Assembly (NCBI GenBank): GCA_964556395.1 | Contig: CAZKVR010000003.1 | Location: forward strand, 30,715-94,714 | Direction of reading: 5' to 3' | Length of the DNA: 64,000 nucleotides | Source: an uncultured Methanosarcinales archaeon | GTDB lineage: Archaea; Nanobdellota; Nanobdellia; Woesearchaeales; WJKR01 | Shown: in pieces, positions 37,843-48,500 of the stretch | Position numbering within the stretch: position 1 is the first letter of the stretch | How the letters are laid out: the number at the start of each line of letters is the position of its first letter | Made by a program: the position numbers and the translations under genes | Notes under the pieces: generated by a model | The model's database searches: none | Seen by the model: the letters and a program-made list of their open reading frames with translations, nothing else | Told to the model about the DNA's origin: nothing

Positions 37843-38187
37843 ATGACCTCGACCGGGACGTTCAAAGACCCGACAGGCACCACCAGACGGTTCCTCCTCT
37901 ACGAAGGGAGCGACGACAGCCTCGAAGAGAAGCTACGGATAATCAAGAGCCACGTCTCGAGACCGACGGAGAAAGCCTACAACCTCTACCTCCCCAACGG
38001 CACGGCGAAGATACGGAAAGACAAACGCCAAGGACTACTCCTCCGGGACAGAGGCGGTTGCGCGAAGAACAACCACGGCTTCGGACTCATCGAAGGGACC
38101 TTCTACACCGCCACCTACGACGGCACCGGCGAAGAAGAAACCATACGATACATCATCGACCCAACCCACCTCTACCACCCGAACTGA
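37843..38187 (+). CDS. Hypothetical protein (114 aa)
   Basis: TATA GGCTTTAAACC 22-30 nt upstream. No family recognised. Confidence 0.3.
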   Translation: MTSTGTFKDPTGTTRRFLLYEGSDDSLEEKLRIIKSHVSRPTEKAYNLYLPNGTAKIRKDKRQGLLLRDRGGCAKNNHGFGLIEGTFYTATYDGTGEEETIRYIIDPTHLYHPN

Positions 38188-38193
38188 ACCACC

Positions 38194-38730
38194 ATGCACC
38201 CGCTCGTACGACTAGCCAAGGACACGCTCAAGAACCTCTTCACGGACGAGGAGCCGGAGATGCCACAAGGCCACGAGGACGAGCAAGGATGCTTCGTCAC
38301 CCTCACGAAAGACGGAGAGCTACGAGGCTGCATCGGCTACGTGACGAGCGACAAACCACTCAAAGAAAGCGTGAAGGACGCGGCGGAAGCAGCCGCGAAG
38401 AACGACCCGCGGTTCCCACCCGTACGCGAGGAAGAACTGGAAGACATCACAGTCGAGGTGAGCGTGCTGAGCAAGCCGCGACGAGTCCAGACAGACGAAC
38501 CAACCAAGAAACTACAAGCCTACAACCCGGGCGAGACCGGACTCATCATCCAACGAGGATGGAAGTCAGGGCTATTGTTGCCGCAGGTCTTCGACGAAGA
38601 CACGCCAGCAGAAGAAGCGATGAGGATGACATGCCAGAAAGCAGGCCTGCCGCCCGACGCGTGGAAACAGCCGGAGACGAGCGTGTACACCTTCACAGCC
38701 ACCGTACACGAGGAGAACGCAAAAGCTTAA
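38194..38730 (+). CDS. AMMECR1 domain protein
   Basis: GCFVTL ... LRGCIGY signature. Confidence 0.85.
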   Translation: MHPLVRLAKDTLKNLFTDEEPEMPQGHEDEQGCFVTLTKDGELRGCIGYVTSDKPLKESVKDAAEAAAKNDPRFPPVREEELEDITVEVSVLSKPRRVQTDEPTKKLQAYNPGETGLIIQRGWKSGLLLPQVFDEDTPAEEAMRMTCQKAGLPPDAWKQPETSVYTFTATVHEENAKA

Positions 38731-38755
38731 AGGGAAGCGGCACCGAGGAAAGAAG

Positions 38756-39427
38756 ATGAACAAGCAGGCACAGGAAGAAGAGCACCGCAGGATCCGCGAA
38801 GAAGTCCTGCAAGAACCGCCGAAACCGCCGATGAGGCCCCGGACCAAGACGGCGATACTCTACCTCATCGGAGCAGCAATCCTCGTAAGCCTCACCCTCT
38901 GGGCCCTCCCGCCGGACGCGCTCCCGGTACGGGCGCAACAAGGCAAGATCCCCCCACTGGAGGAATTCCAAAGCGGCATCGACCAAGGACCAGACATCCA
39001 AAGCGACAACATGGAAGCCTACGTCCTCCCCAACACCAGAGCCGTCAAGCACGTCGCAGCCACGGTCGTCACGCAAGCGTGCAGCCGGACCGACCAGGCA
39101 TGCTACGCCGACGCACTCTTCTACTTCGTCAGGGACAACATCAAGTACGTCACAGACCCGGTGGACGAGTACTACGAGACGCCCCACGAGACCCTCAGGA
39201 CCGGAGCCGCGGACTGCGACGGCCACGCCATCCTGCTCTCAAGCCTGATGCGGAGCGTAGGCATCCTGACGAGGTTCCACCACGAACCAAGACACGTCAC
39301 GGTAGAAGCATGGCTGCCCCAAGACCACCTGTTCCGAAGCGAGTACGCGTACGAGTGGGTGCACTACGACCCGACGTGCACGAGTTGCGAGCCCGGAGAG
39401 CGCATGCCTAACGCAAGACGCAGTTAG
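38756..39427 (+). CDS. Membrane-anchored transglutaminase-like (papain-fold) cysteine protease domain protein
   Basis: N-terminal TM helix. YADALFYFVRDNIKYVTDP and GAADCDGHAILLSSLMRS (Cys), then downstream His and Asp. Confidence 0.65.
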   Translation: MNKQAQEEEHRRIREEVLQEPPKPPMRPRTKTAILYLIGAAILVSLTLWALPPDALPVRAQQGKIPPLEEFQSGIDQGPDIQSDNMEAYVLPNTRAVKHVAATVVTQACSRTDQACYADALFYFVRDNIKYVTDPVDEYYETPHETLRTGAADCDGHAILLSSLMRSVGILTRFHHEPRHVTVEAWLPQDHLFRSEYAYEWVHYDPTCTSCEPGERMPNARRS

Positions 39428-39974
39428 GACACACCATACGACCCTCGTTCTCGACAAGCCTGGTAGAATAATTGCCGCACGACTCGCAACGGCCGGACTC
39501 GCCGATCTCCGGGACCTCCGCCAAGAGCGGGCTGTCAGGCCTGATACCACGGAGCTCGATCCTATCAGTGAGGAGTTCGAGGAGCTGGGGCTCTATCTTG
39601 AGGACGGTCGTCATGGTCAGGTAGCCGACGAGCGTGCCGTCCTCGAGGACGGGGAGGTGCCTGATGTCATGCTTGTTCATCAGCTTGACCGCATCCACGA
39701 CGTCAGCGCCGGGCGACACGGTAGTGAGGGAAGACGTCATTATATCGCTCACCGGACGGTCCAACGGCAAGCCGCCGGCCGTCGCCTTGAACAAGAAATC
39801 CTTCGCCGTCACGATACCAGCCAGGTCGCCATCGTCCTTGACAAGAAGACTTCCGACCTCATACTGCCTCATCAACTCAGCGCACGCACGTAGAGAATCA
39901 GAAGGGCCGCACGTGACGGGCTTCGTCGTCATGATGTCCGCAACAACATAGCCCGTCTTCATACCTGAAACCAC
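39408..39974 (-). CDS. CBS-domain pair protein with C-terminal zinc ribbon
   Basis: Two CBS repeats. C-terminal CESCG...CPNC. Confidence 0.7.
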   Translation of the reverse strand: MVSGMKTGYVVADIMTTKPVTCGPSDSLRACAELMRQYEVGSLLVKDDGDLAGIVTAKDFLFKATAGGLPLDRPVSDIMTSSLTTVSPGADVVDAVKLMNKHDIRHLPVLEDGTLVGYLTMTTVLKIEPQLLELLTDRIELRGIRPDSPLLAEVPEIGESGRCESCGNYSTRLVENEGRMVCPNCVLR

Positions 39975-40092
39975 CTGTAATGGGCGAGCACGGCGGACTA
40001 TTTAATGGTTTCGAAACAGGGAAAAGAACGGATAAAAAGAACTATTCTATCCTTTGCCAGAGACCAGCGACGGCCGGAGAAAAAAAAGGTTT

Positions 40093-42039
40093 TCAGTAGT
40101 TCACCGAAATCTCGACGTCCTTGCCGAACACCTGGACGAGGTCGTCGAAGATGGGCTGCTTGATGAACGCCCGCGACGGGATCTCCACCTTGGCGAGGGC
40201 GTGCTCCAACTCCTCCAAGGAAGACTGCCGGACCTTGCCGAGCGAGCCGTCAGCCTGGACCTCGGCCTTGCTGACATCCTTGTCCTCACGGTCGATGTCA
40301 TGGATGATGAACGCTTGCTTGCCGAGCAGGACGACCTCACCGTACGTGTTGCCATGCTTGACCCGGATCTTGGTCCGCTCAAGCTCTCGGCCGCGGCGTC
40401 GCTGGAGGTGCTCGACGAGCGCCTTGACGAGCTCGCGAGACTTCTTCTTAGCCTTCTGCGCCTCAGCCTTGGTGAGCTTACCCTTCTGATACTCGTCCTT
40501 AGCCGCGATGACCTCTTCCAAGAGACGCGCGGTCTTGGCAGGGAGGGATCCCTTGTCAGTCAAGAACTCCTTGAAGGACTTGAGCAGGTCGGCGTCCTTC
40601 ACCTTGTCGACGCCCTCGAAACGGAGGATGTCGCGCACCACGGTGGCGACGCTGTCGTACGACTCGAGGACAGTCTCCTTCTCCTTGAGCTCATCAATCT
40701 TCTCGAACAACGACTTGAGACGCTTGAGATACTTCTCAGAACCCTCTAACAAGTCGTCGATCTCCTTGCCGGAGACACCCTTCTTCGACCCGTGCTCGAT
40801 CGTCTTACGAGTCTTGAGGACCTGCTCGAGGGTCTTGACGTACTCCTCCTCCAATATCTTCTCCTTCTTGACGAACAACTCGCGGAGGAGTTCCGGCGTC
40901 TCCTTCGGCGTCGGCGGAGGCACGCCATACAGCATGAGAGCCGCCTGGGACGGCGTGATCGTCGCCCAGAAGAAGTCGTCCACCCCGATATCCCTCAGTT
41001 TCCCCTTGATACGGTCGACCATCTGCTCGCCAGTGCTCATGAACATCTCGATGGCCTCGGGGGACGGCTTGATACGACCCATCTTGAGGAGTTGCTTCCA
41101 AGGCATGAAGATACCCCGGTCGTAGAGAGGGATGCCATCCCGGAGGAAGGTGAAGATGATAGGGTTGGCCTCCTTGATGTTCTCCCAGAAGTCAGTGAGG
41201 ATGTACACCTGGATGTTAAGCTTGTTCTCGATACCAGTCATCTTGCCGGCCTCGAAGCCCATGCTGACGATGATAGCACGGAGCTTGTCCTTGAGCTCGG
41301 CACGAGTCATCTTCTTGACGTCGGTGTCATCCACGACTATGAACACGTCGATGTCGGACTGGGGCGTCGCCCGTCCCTGGACGAGGGAGCCCGCGAGGAC
41401 GTAGGAGACGATGTACTTCTCGAACTTCTTGATAACCATGGACTTGTGGAGCTCGGAGATCTTCAAGGCGGCGAGCATGCCCTTGTCATAGACAGGAGCG
41501 GCGTTGGCCACGAGTTGCAAGAGGTCGTACTTGGCATCATAACAGGACTGCCACAGCTCTGATAATAGGATGGTCTGCGGGACGAGGTGCTTGTCGACCT
41601 CAGACGCCATCTTCTGGAAGACGCCGGAGAGCTTCTCCTTCAACTCCTCCTTCGACATCTTCGTGCTGTCCGTGTCATCCACGAGGACAAGAGCGTTGAC
41701 TTGTTGCTCCAGGTCGTCCCGCTCCTGCTTGGAGAGCTTGCGCTCCTCATCCTGCTCGACCTGCTCCGGCTTGGACGGCGGGAGCAAGGCGATACCCATG
41801 ACGTAATCCTCGAACTTGCCGAGCGCCTTCTTCTGGAACTTGTCCAGCATGACCTTGATATCCTCGAGGCGGTCCTTAGAAGCCGCAGGGAGGTCCTGCG
41901 GGAGGTTATCCAAGAGGTCGACGTGCTTCGGCGCGTCCTCCGTCTCAGGCTGCTTCTTAGGAGCAGGCTTCTTCTTGGCCGGAGCATTCTTGGAATCCTT
42001 CTTTGAACGAGAACTTTTCTTCACCATGAGAGAGAACAC
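40093..42039 (-). CDS. Large protein with Lys-rich N-terminal tail and two tandem minimal nucleotidyltransferase (pol-beta superfamily)-like domains
   Basis: GSLVQGRATPQSDIDVFIVVDDTD (GS...DxD) and an upstream degenerate repeat NALVLVDDTDSTKMSKEELKEKL // DVFIVVDDTDVKKMTRAELKDKL. A-run at 40080-40087 is a T-run terminator on the coding strand. Confidence 0.45.
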   Translation of the reverse strand: MFSLMVKKSSRSKKDSKNAPAKKKPAPKKQPETEDAPKHVDLLDNLPQDLPAASKDRLEDIKVMLDKFQKKALGKFEDYVMGIALLPPSKPEQVEQDEERKLSKQERDDLEQQVNALVLVDDTDSTKMSKEELKEKLSGVFQKMASEVDKHLVPQTILLSELWQSCYDAKYDLLQLVANAAPVYDKGMLAALKISELHKSMVIKKFEKYIVSYVLAGSLVQGRATPQSDIDVFIVVDDTDVKKMTRAELKDKLRAIIVSMGFEAGKMTGIENKLNIQVYILTDFWENIKEANPIIFTFLRDGIPLYDRGIFMPWKQLLKMGRIKPSPEAIEMFMSTGEQMVDRIKGKLRDIGVDDFFWATITPSQAALMLYGVPPPTPKETPELLRELFVKKEKILEEEYVKTLEQVLKTRKTIEHGSKKGVSGKEIDDLLEGSEKYLKRLKSLFEKIDELKEKETVLESYDSVATVVRDILRFEGVDKVKDADLLKSFKEFLTDKGSLPAKTARLLEEVIAAKDEYQKGKLTKAEAQKAKKKSRELVKALVEHLQRRRGRELERTKIRVKHGNTYGEVVLLGKQAFIIHDIDREDKDVSKAEVQADGSLGKVRQSSLEELEHALAKVEIPSRAFIKQPIFDDLVQVFGKDVEISVNY

Positions 42040-42193
42040 CTCGCGTGCGGGTCCAGAGGACGCGTCATGACAAGACAGAAAGAACGATTATTTATAAAGG
42101 TTATGGGGTCTGAGACGGAAAAAACCGTCACCACCGAGAAAAGAAAAAATATATAAAACACAAGATACAGACAGATACCATCAATATCAACAG

Positions 42194-43018
42194 ATGATAC
42201 CCATGGCCGACAAGAAAAAAGAATCAAACGACGTCCCAGACGCCTTCGACAACAAGGAACTTGAAGGCATCATCAAAGGGTTTGGAGAGTACAAGAAAAT
42301 AGAAGACAAGAAAGAATTCCCAAACCTAGAACTCAACCTCGCGAAAAGTTGGGAAGACAGCTACCAGAACAACCTGAAAGAAAAGCTTGAGAAGAAGTTC
42401 AAAGATAAAGGGGGACTCGCTAAGAAGCTAGAGCAGCAAGACGAATCGGACCTCAAAGAAGTCGCCCATGACTTCTTCATGGAATACCTCGAGAACGCCC
42501 ACAAGCATACCAACCACGACATAGAAAAAGGCTATCTCAACCGACTCAAAAATCTTATCAAAGAACAAAAAACCAAAGGGAAAGACGCCTACAGCCTTTC
42601 ATCAAGCATCTACCACAACCTCTTAGGCCTGAGAGAAAATGACAAAGAACACATGGACAACATCATCAACTCGGCAATCGCCCAGCACATGACAGGGGCG
42701 GAGTTCCTCAACTACCTCCAAAACGAGATTAAAGGCGAGCACGTAGGGAGACACCGCCAAAGAGTGGAACGTGCCGAATTCGAGAAAAAAGTCGGCAACC
42801 ACGACCCCATCAAATACCAAGCGGCAGTCGAGAAATTCATGAAGAACTACGACGCAAAAGTCGATAACCACGGACTCTTCATGAGAGTAAACCCACAGAA
42901 AGCGTACCAAATATGGAAAAACCTCGAGCACGGATCAGAATTCGGCGAGAAATTCGACTACGAAAGCGTCGGCGTCAAGTACAAACCCATAAAGGCCCCG
43001 AAAGACGACAAGAAGTGA
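42194..43018 (+). CDS. Lys/Glu-rich hypothetical protein encoded in an AT-rich island
   Basis: 274 aa, no TM. GC content visibly lower than surroundings. TATA AAAAATATATAAAAC upstream. Bidirectional A/T-run terminator at 43219-43242. Confidence 0.45.
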   Translation: MIPMADKKKESNDVPDAFDNKELEGIIKGFGEYKKIEDKKEFPNLELNLAKSWEDSYQNNLKEKLEKKFKDKGGLAKKLEQQDESDLKEVAHDFFMEYLENAHKHTNHDIEKGYLNRLKNLIKEQKTKGKDAYSLSSSIYHNLLGLRENDKEHMDNIINSAIAQHMTGAEFLNYLQNEIKGEHVGRHRQRVERAEFEKKVGNHDPIKYQAAVEKFMKNYDAKVDNHGLFMRVNPQKAYQIWKNLEHGSEFGEKFDYESVGVKYKPIKAPKDDKK

Positions 43019-43270
43019 ACCGGCAATAAAAACCCTTTCTCTAATTCTTCTCCTTATGAGAACACCATTCCCAACCATCACCCAGAAGACTATTGCGCCG
43101 ACGGCCTGGACAAGAAACTTGACCCGAAGAAACACACCGAGAATCTCCACGAGAAGTTCGGCATAGACTACAAGCCATTAGAAGCATCCAAGAAAGAAGA
43201 CAAGAAAGCGGCTTGAGAATAAAAAAATAACTTCTTTTTTTTACAACACTTCTCACAACAAGGAAAGAAA

Positions 43271-45568
43271 TCACTCCGCAGGCTGCGCCGACGGCTCTTC
43301 CTCACCGAAGCGCGGCTCCAGACGATCCCGATACATGTCAGTGTAACCCTCGACCTGGCCGAGGACTCCGAGGTCGGCGTGCTTCTCAAGGTCGTCGAGC
43401 CTTATAGAGACATAGTTCAGCACCAAAGAATCCTCATGGTACTCTTCAACACCCACTTCAAGACTATTACTGCCGGTAAGCCTGATACCGCCTCTGTAGA
43501 TGGAGTCGTTGAACTCAACCGCAGGGATGGTCTCAGACCCCTCAGGCCCGTCGAACCAGCCCTCACCCCACGTCACCTCGTCCTCAGGTATGAGTACCTT
43601 CTCACGTTGGCGTCCCTCGCCCAAACGTGTGACGAGGAAGGCTTCTACATCGTAAGAGCCCTTTGCGAGCGGAACTGAGAAAGTGTCGGCGTTCGTGTAG
43701 TTAGCGACAACCATCTCCACCCGTTCCGGCTCGCCAGGCGCGGTATGGCGTGTGAAAATGATAGTGAGAAGGTCATCAGGCCTCAACGCTTCACGCTGCG
43801 TGCCCACTTCCCAGATACCCGATCGGGGGTCGATGCCATACTCCTCAAGCTCAACCACTTCCTCCTCAAAAGACTTTTTGAGACCATCATCGCCATACAT
43901 CACATCAGCAGGCATCTTCTTGAAGAGCGGCAGGCCGCGTAGTTCCAACTCAAACTCCTTGTGAGGGTAAGCTTCGACGCTCACCTGTTGCGGATCGTCA
44001 TCAAGGACGTCGATATCCTGAGGGTCAATATAATATCCTTCCTTCTCACCAGTCAAGAGGCCGTCGATGCAGAACGGCAAACGGGTCACCGCGATCCCAT
44101 CACTGCCAGTACGGTCGGAGGCGTGAGTCGAGGCCGAACCGCACGAGTAGGTGAAACCGACGTCTTCGACCGGATCCCCTGTAAGCACGTCAGTGACGTT
44201 GATAGTGATGTTCCCATCCATACGTTGACTCTCCATGGAGAACAGGTTCTGGCCGACCGAATCATTCCCGAGGGAAGGATCGCTGTAAAGCATCGGCTCG
44301 TTCTGGACGAGCCCGGCCTCCACTCCGACGAGCATCGAGAGACCTTCACCATCGAACGCGTCCGAGTCCTCGGCCATGAGGAGAAGCGGTACGACGACGT
44401 CGTAGTCGAAGTAATACTCGTAGAACCCGATACTGAACAATAACTCCAAGCCTATAGTCATGCCGCTAGGTTCAAGGACGTAACCATTACCAGGCCCTAT
44501 CTTGAGGTCCACAGGCCACTCAGAGTCATAGTTGAAACTGTAAGCGACGCCAGAAGCGTACGACGGGTTGTCGAAAAGGACGTCAGGCCTGAACACCCCT
44601 GGTGCGTTGTAGACCGCCTGCGAGAACTGGTTGTCGGTCATCACGATGTTCCGGTCAGCAGTGTTGCCGACCTGTATGAGCGGCAGGTTGTCGGCGAGCC
44701 TTCGTTCAAGGAACTCCTTAACATCAGGGTACATCCACCGGTCTTGATTGTTGGTCTCAAACTTCGTACCGCCGTACATGGGAGGAATCTCCGGGTCCTC
44801 TCCCATACTGTATGCCTCGATGACTTGTTTGACGGCATGGTGGATCGTGTCAGACTTGTTCATGAGCACCAGGAATTCCACGACGTCCTTGGTCGACTCG
44901 TAGAGCTCCTTGGCAGGGGCTTCCTGCAATGCAGACACCTCCTTGACAGACGTGTTCGCACCCGTAGAAGTGTATGTGAAACTGACGTTACGGTGGAGTT
45001 CATAGGTGATGCGCCCTTCTCCGATTATAGCCTCTACAGAGAATTCTTCAGCAGGCTCTACAAGGTAGTCGTCACTGAAAGACATACGGTCGAGGCACGG
45101 CCCGACGTTCTCTTCAACCCCCTTTTCCAACTGTGATTCTATGCTAGGAAGTCTACCCCCACTCCCTTTCTTGAGAGGTGGTATCCCTATGGAGAACTCA
45201 CAGTCGTGAAGGCACCCTGCTGGGCTTCGCTGCTCGACCCAGTAGGGTACGAGGAACTCTTCCGTGAGGGGGAGAGAGTTTCCGAGAGTCGGATTCTCCG
45301 GGAAGCCCACCTTCCCTTGCTGCTTAGGCTCGTAGAAACCTCCGTGCGAGTATATCTCCTTGAGAACTCGCTTGCCCTCTTCACGCAGGCAGCTCGCGGC
45401 TTCCCGCTCGTACGAGGCCTTGATCGCGTCGAAGTCGTGCGTTATCGTCTGCCCAGCGGGATCAACCTGCTGTTCCGTCCTTCTCACGAACAGGAATAAG
45501 GCTACTATGAGTATCAGCACTAACCCTATGATGACGAATAACGTGACCTGACCTACGCGCGACCTCAT
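43271..45568 (-). CDS. Large membrane-anchored or secreted surface protein (about 765 aa from MRSRVGQV)
   Basis: N-terminal TM/signal anchor VTLFVIIGLVLILIVALFLFV. Large extracytoplasmic region. Start overlaps the upstream giant gene's stop (ATGA). Confidence 0.5.
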   Translation of the reverse strand: MRSRVGQVTLFVIIGLVLILIVALFLFVRRTEQQVDPAGQTITHDFDAIKASYEREAASCLREEGKRVLKEIYSHGGFYEPKQQGKVGFPENPTLGNSLPLTEEFLVPYWVEQRSPAGCLHDCEFSIGIPPLKKGSGGRLPSIESQLEKGVEENVGPCLDRMSFSDDYLVEPAEEFSVEAIIGEGRITYELHRNVSFTYTSTGANTSVKEVSALQEAPAKELYESTKDVVEFLVLMNKSDTIHHAVKQVIEAYSMGEDPEIPPMYGGTKFETNNQDRWMYPDVKEFLERRLADNLPLIQVGNTADRNIVMTDNQFSQAVYNAPGVFRPDVLFDNPSYASGVAYSFNYDSEWPVDLKIGPGNGYVLEPSGMTIGLELLFSIGFYEYYFDYDVVVPLLLMAEDSDAFDGEGLSMLVGVEAGLVQNEPMLYSDPSLGNDSVGQNLFSMESQRMDGNITINVTDVLTGDPVEDVGFTYSCGSASTHASDRTGSDGIAVTRLPFCIDGLLTGEKEGYYIDPQDIDVLDDDPQQVSVEAYPHKEFELELRGLPLFKKMPADVMYGDDGLKKSFEEEVVELEEYGIDPRSGIWEVGTQREALRPDDLLTIIFTRHTAPGEPERVEMVVANYTNADTFSVPLAKGSYDVEAFLVTRLGEGRQREKVLIPEDEVTWGEGWFDGPEGSETIPAVEFNDSIYRGGIRLTGSNSLEVGVEEYHEDSLVLNYVSIRLDDLEKHADLGVLGQVEGYTDMYRDRLEPRFGEEEPSAQPAE

Positions 45569-48500
45569 CCTACCTCGAGCCTCCTGCAGAACTTTTTCGA
45601 ACTGGTAGTGATATCGAAGAAATCCTTGATGTCTCCGACGTGGAAGTGGAGGCACACCTGGTCGTACCGGTCGGAGGTGGCCTCACCACTGCTAGGATAG
45701 TCTATCATGCTGCCGAGGATGCGCTCCCAGCTGTCGCCTGGCGGCACGTCGATACGGGTCAATGAACGACCCTCCTCATCGACCTCCAACGGCACATCAA
45801 CCGAACCCCTCCCCTCCGTCGACGAGAGTCGGAGGCTGAAGGTGAGGTTCTTGTCGTTGTCATGGCTGTTGCTCACTAGCGCGTTCAGCGTGTAGGAATA
45901 CTGTTCGGTCCCATCACGCAATCCTTCCTCCTTGATAAGGCCTGCTGCGAAGGCGGCAGTACTCGTCTCACCAGACTGTTCTTCGATGTTGGCTTTCACG
46001 CCTTCTGCGCCTCCAAGCTTTTCTTTGCAGATGTTCTCCCCTGTCAACCAGGACTCAACCTCGTCCTTAGCATCCTCGAGTTTCTCATTGCTCCAAGGGT
46101 TGTCAATCCACCCATCATCACCCATAAAGGTGTTCGAGAAACTATTCACCATGTTCAAGGTGGAGAAGTACGTGCCTATGCGTGACAATCCTCGTATGTT
46201 CTTATCGACGAACATCTCGGCCTTAAGAGACCCTTTGATCTTGCGGCGTCCTTTCTTCGCTTCCTTGAGGTCTTCTTCGACCTTCTCGAGCTTGTTACCG
46301 ATATCCTCCGAGTCGTCAGGTTCGAAGTCTTCATCTTTGAATTTTTCTTCGATATCATCGAGGCGTTTTTGTTCCTGATCGGTCAACTCGTCCTTTGCTT
46401 TGAGATCCTTATACTCTTCAGCTTGTTCATGGAGCCGCTCCAGACGATCGGCTTCCGGTTTCAGCGATGCAATCTCATTCTCATACTCGGCAAGATCAGT
46501 GACATAATCCTCGACAAATCCGGAGTCGATATCGTACCCTTGCTCCTCGAGCATGTCTGAAAGGCCCTCCGCATACTTCTTGGTTGTCTCTTCTGACGTG
46601 TAGAGGATGTTACCGACCGTTTCCTTATGCTTGAACTCACTATTAATCTCATTGAGATCCTGGCTCTTCTCTTTGAAGTTATCCAGATTCTTGAGGTGTG
46701 ATGACATCTCATCTTTCGATTTATCCAGTTCCTTTTTCAGTGACTTCAGAGAATCTATTTGTGATTCATAATTAGCCGTCGATACTTCATCCTCTGGATT
46801 CTCAGGATCAGGAGGTGTCTGGAGATCTATCATCGTTTCATAATGGTTTATCTCTTCCTGTGTCTTATCCATAGCCTGGTCCAACTGGTTCAACCCCTGC
46901 TCCAGTTCGCCTTTCAACGGACCATAAGGCCTCAAGTGATCGTTAGTATCCCACGAGCCCTCGAGAGGATTATCATTCGCCCATGGTTCGTCCAGATTCT
47001 GGAAATTGTTGGCATACCGCTGGTAGCCCTGGATGAAGTCATCGGTGAAGAGGGAATCTTCCATGACTCGATCGTAGGACTGCCTCACGTCCTCGTCGTA
47101 AGGCGTATCCTCCAAGTCCTCCTTAAGATTGCTCCAATCATCGGCGGACGACAGCAACTCCGTCCGCGACTCCCTCAATATCGTTGAGTAATCATCACGC
47201 GTCCCCATGAAGTTGCCCGAACCATCATATATGACTGAGGAGTCCCCATCTGGAGAGAACATTATCTTCGTCTCTACATTTCCTTCTTTGAAACTGCATC
47301 CCGTGAAGGGGTTGCAGTGGGTACAATCCTTACAGTTATTGATACGTTCAGTATCCGTTATGACGTCCCCATGAGAGTCGAACGTACGGTACAACGGCTC
47401 GAACCCTTCATCCTGGACGGAGTAATCCCAGTAGCCGCTCTCGCGATCGACGCTCTCCCTGACAGGACCGCAGACCTCCTGCCCGAGCTGGCCGGAGTTC
47501 GATAACTTCCGCAACTGATCATGCAACCGCGACAACTCCTGAACACCATTGTAGAATCCTTTTAAGCCGACGGCAGCAGAACATATCTTCTTCGGAAGCG
47601 TGTAGTCACTACCAGCCCCAATCTCACAGAAAGCTATGATTGCGCTTCCTCCAAAGAGAGCGACCGGGTTGCTCGCAGCCTCCAAGAGGGTGCTCGTATA
47701 GTCCTTGATGAACGAGACGGGAAGAGCGCTCAACCACCCGCCAGTCATGAACAGGCAGGACTCGTATCCGCGCTGCTGCTGGCACATATCGATGGTCGCC
47801 CGACCGTTCCGAACGTCCCTCGAGAGGCACGTAATGTAGTTGCAGTCGACAGAGGCGTAGCGTTCGACATGATATACCATAGCAGGGACGCATGCAGTCA
47901 TCGCAGAAGCCGCGAACCCGCTGTACGGGTCCCACGCACGGTTCGGATCAACACCGACATCCTTGGCGACATCCCCAAATTTTCCCAAGTCCTCACCCAT
48001 GTCAAATCCTAATACGTCTCCGGTCCAGGACATGTCGCACGTAGTAATCTTGCACGCCTTGTTGACAGACTTGAAAGCACCGCTCTCAGAAACCTTCTGG
48101 AGGTTGATGCCAATTGATTGGAGCAAGTTGCTGATAAAAGTCCCTTCGGAGCCCGCAGCTGCACCGTTTAAGCCACCGCCAGCCCCTTTTATAGCAGGGG
48201 CGGCCGCGCACACCAGATTGAGACCTGCTAGGGTTTGCCGTGCTGTTTGCACCCATGAGAGGGATTTTACAGTAGAGTTCATCTCATATAAAACCTCATC
48301 ACGAATCTTCGCACCCATCGTATCGGACTCGTCGAGTTCAAACGACATGGTGAACGTCTCCTCCTCAGTGGTGGAGAGGTAGTCTCCTTTGAGTGTCTGA
48401 AGGTTGAGGGAGCAATTGTATCGGAGGTGGTTCCGCTCGGCATAATGCGAACCCGTGTTGAGAACTCCGCGTAGGAGCACGGTCCCGCTCGTGACGCTTG

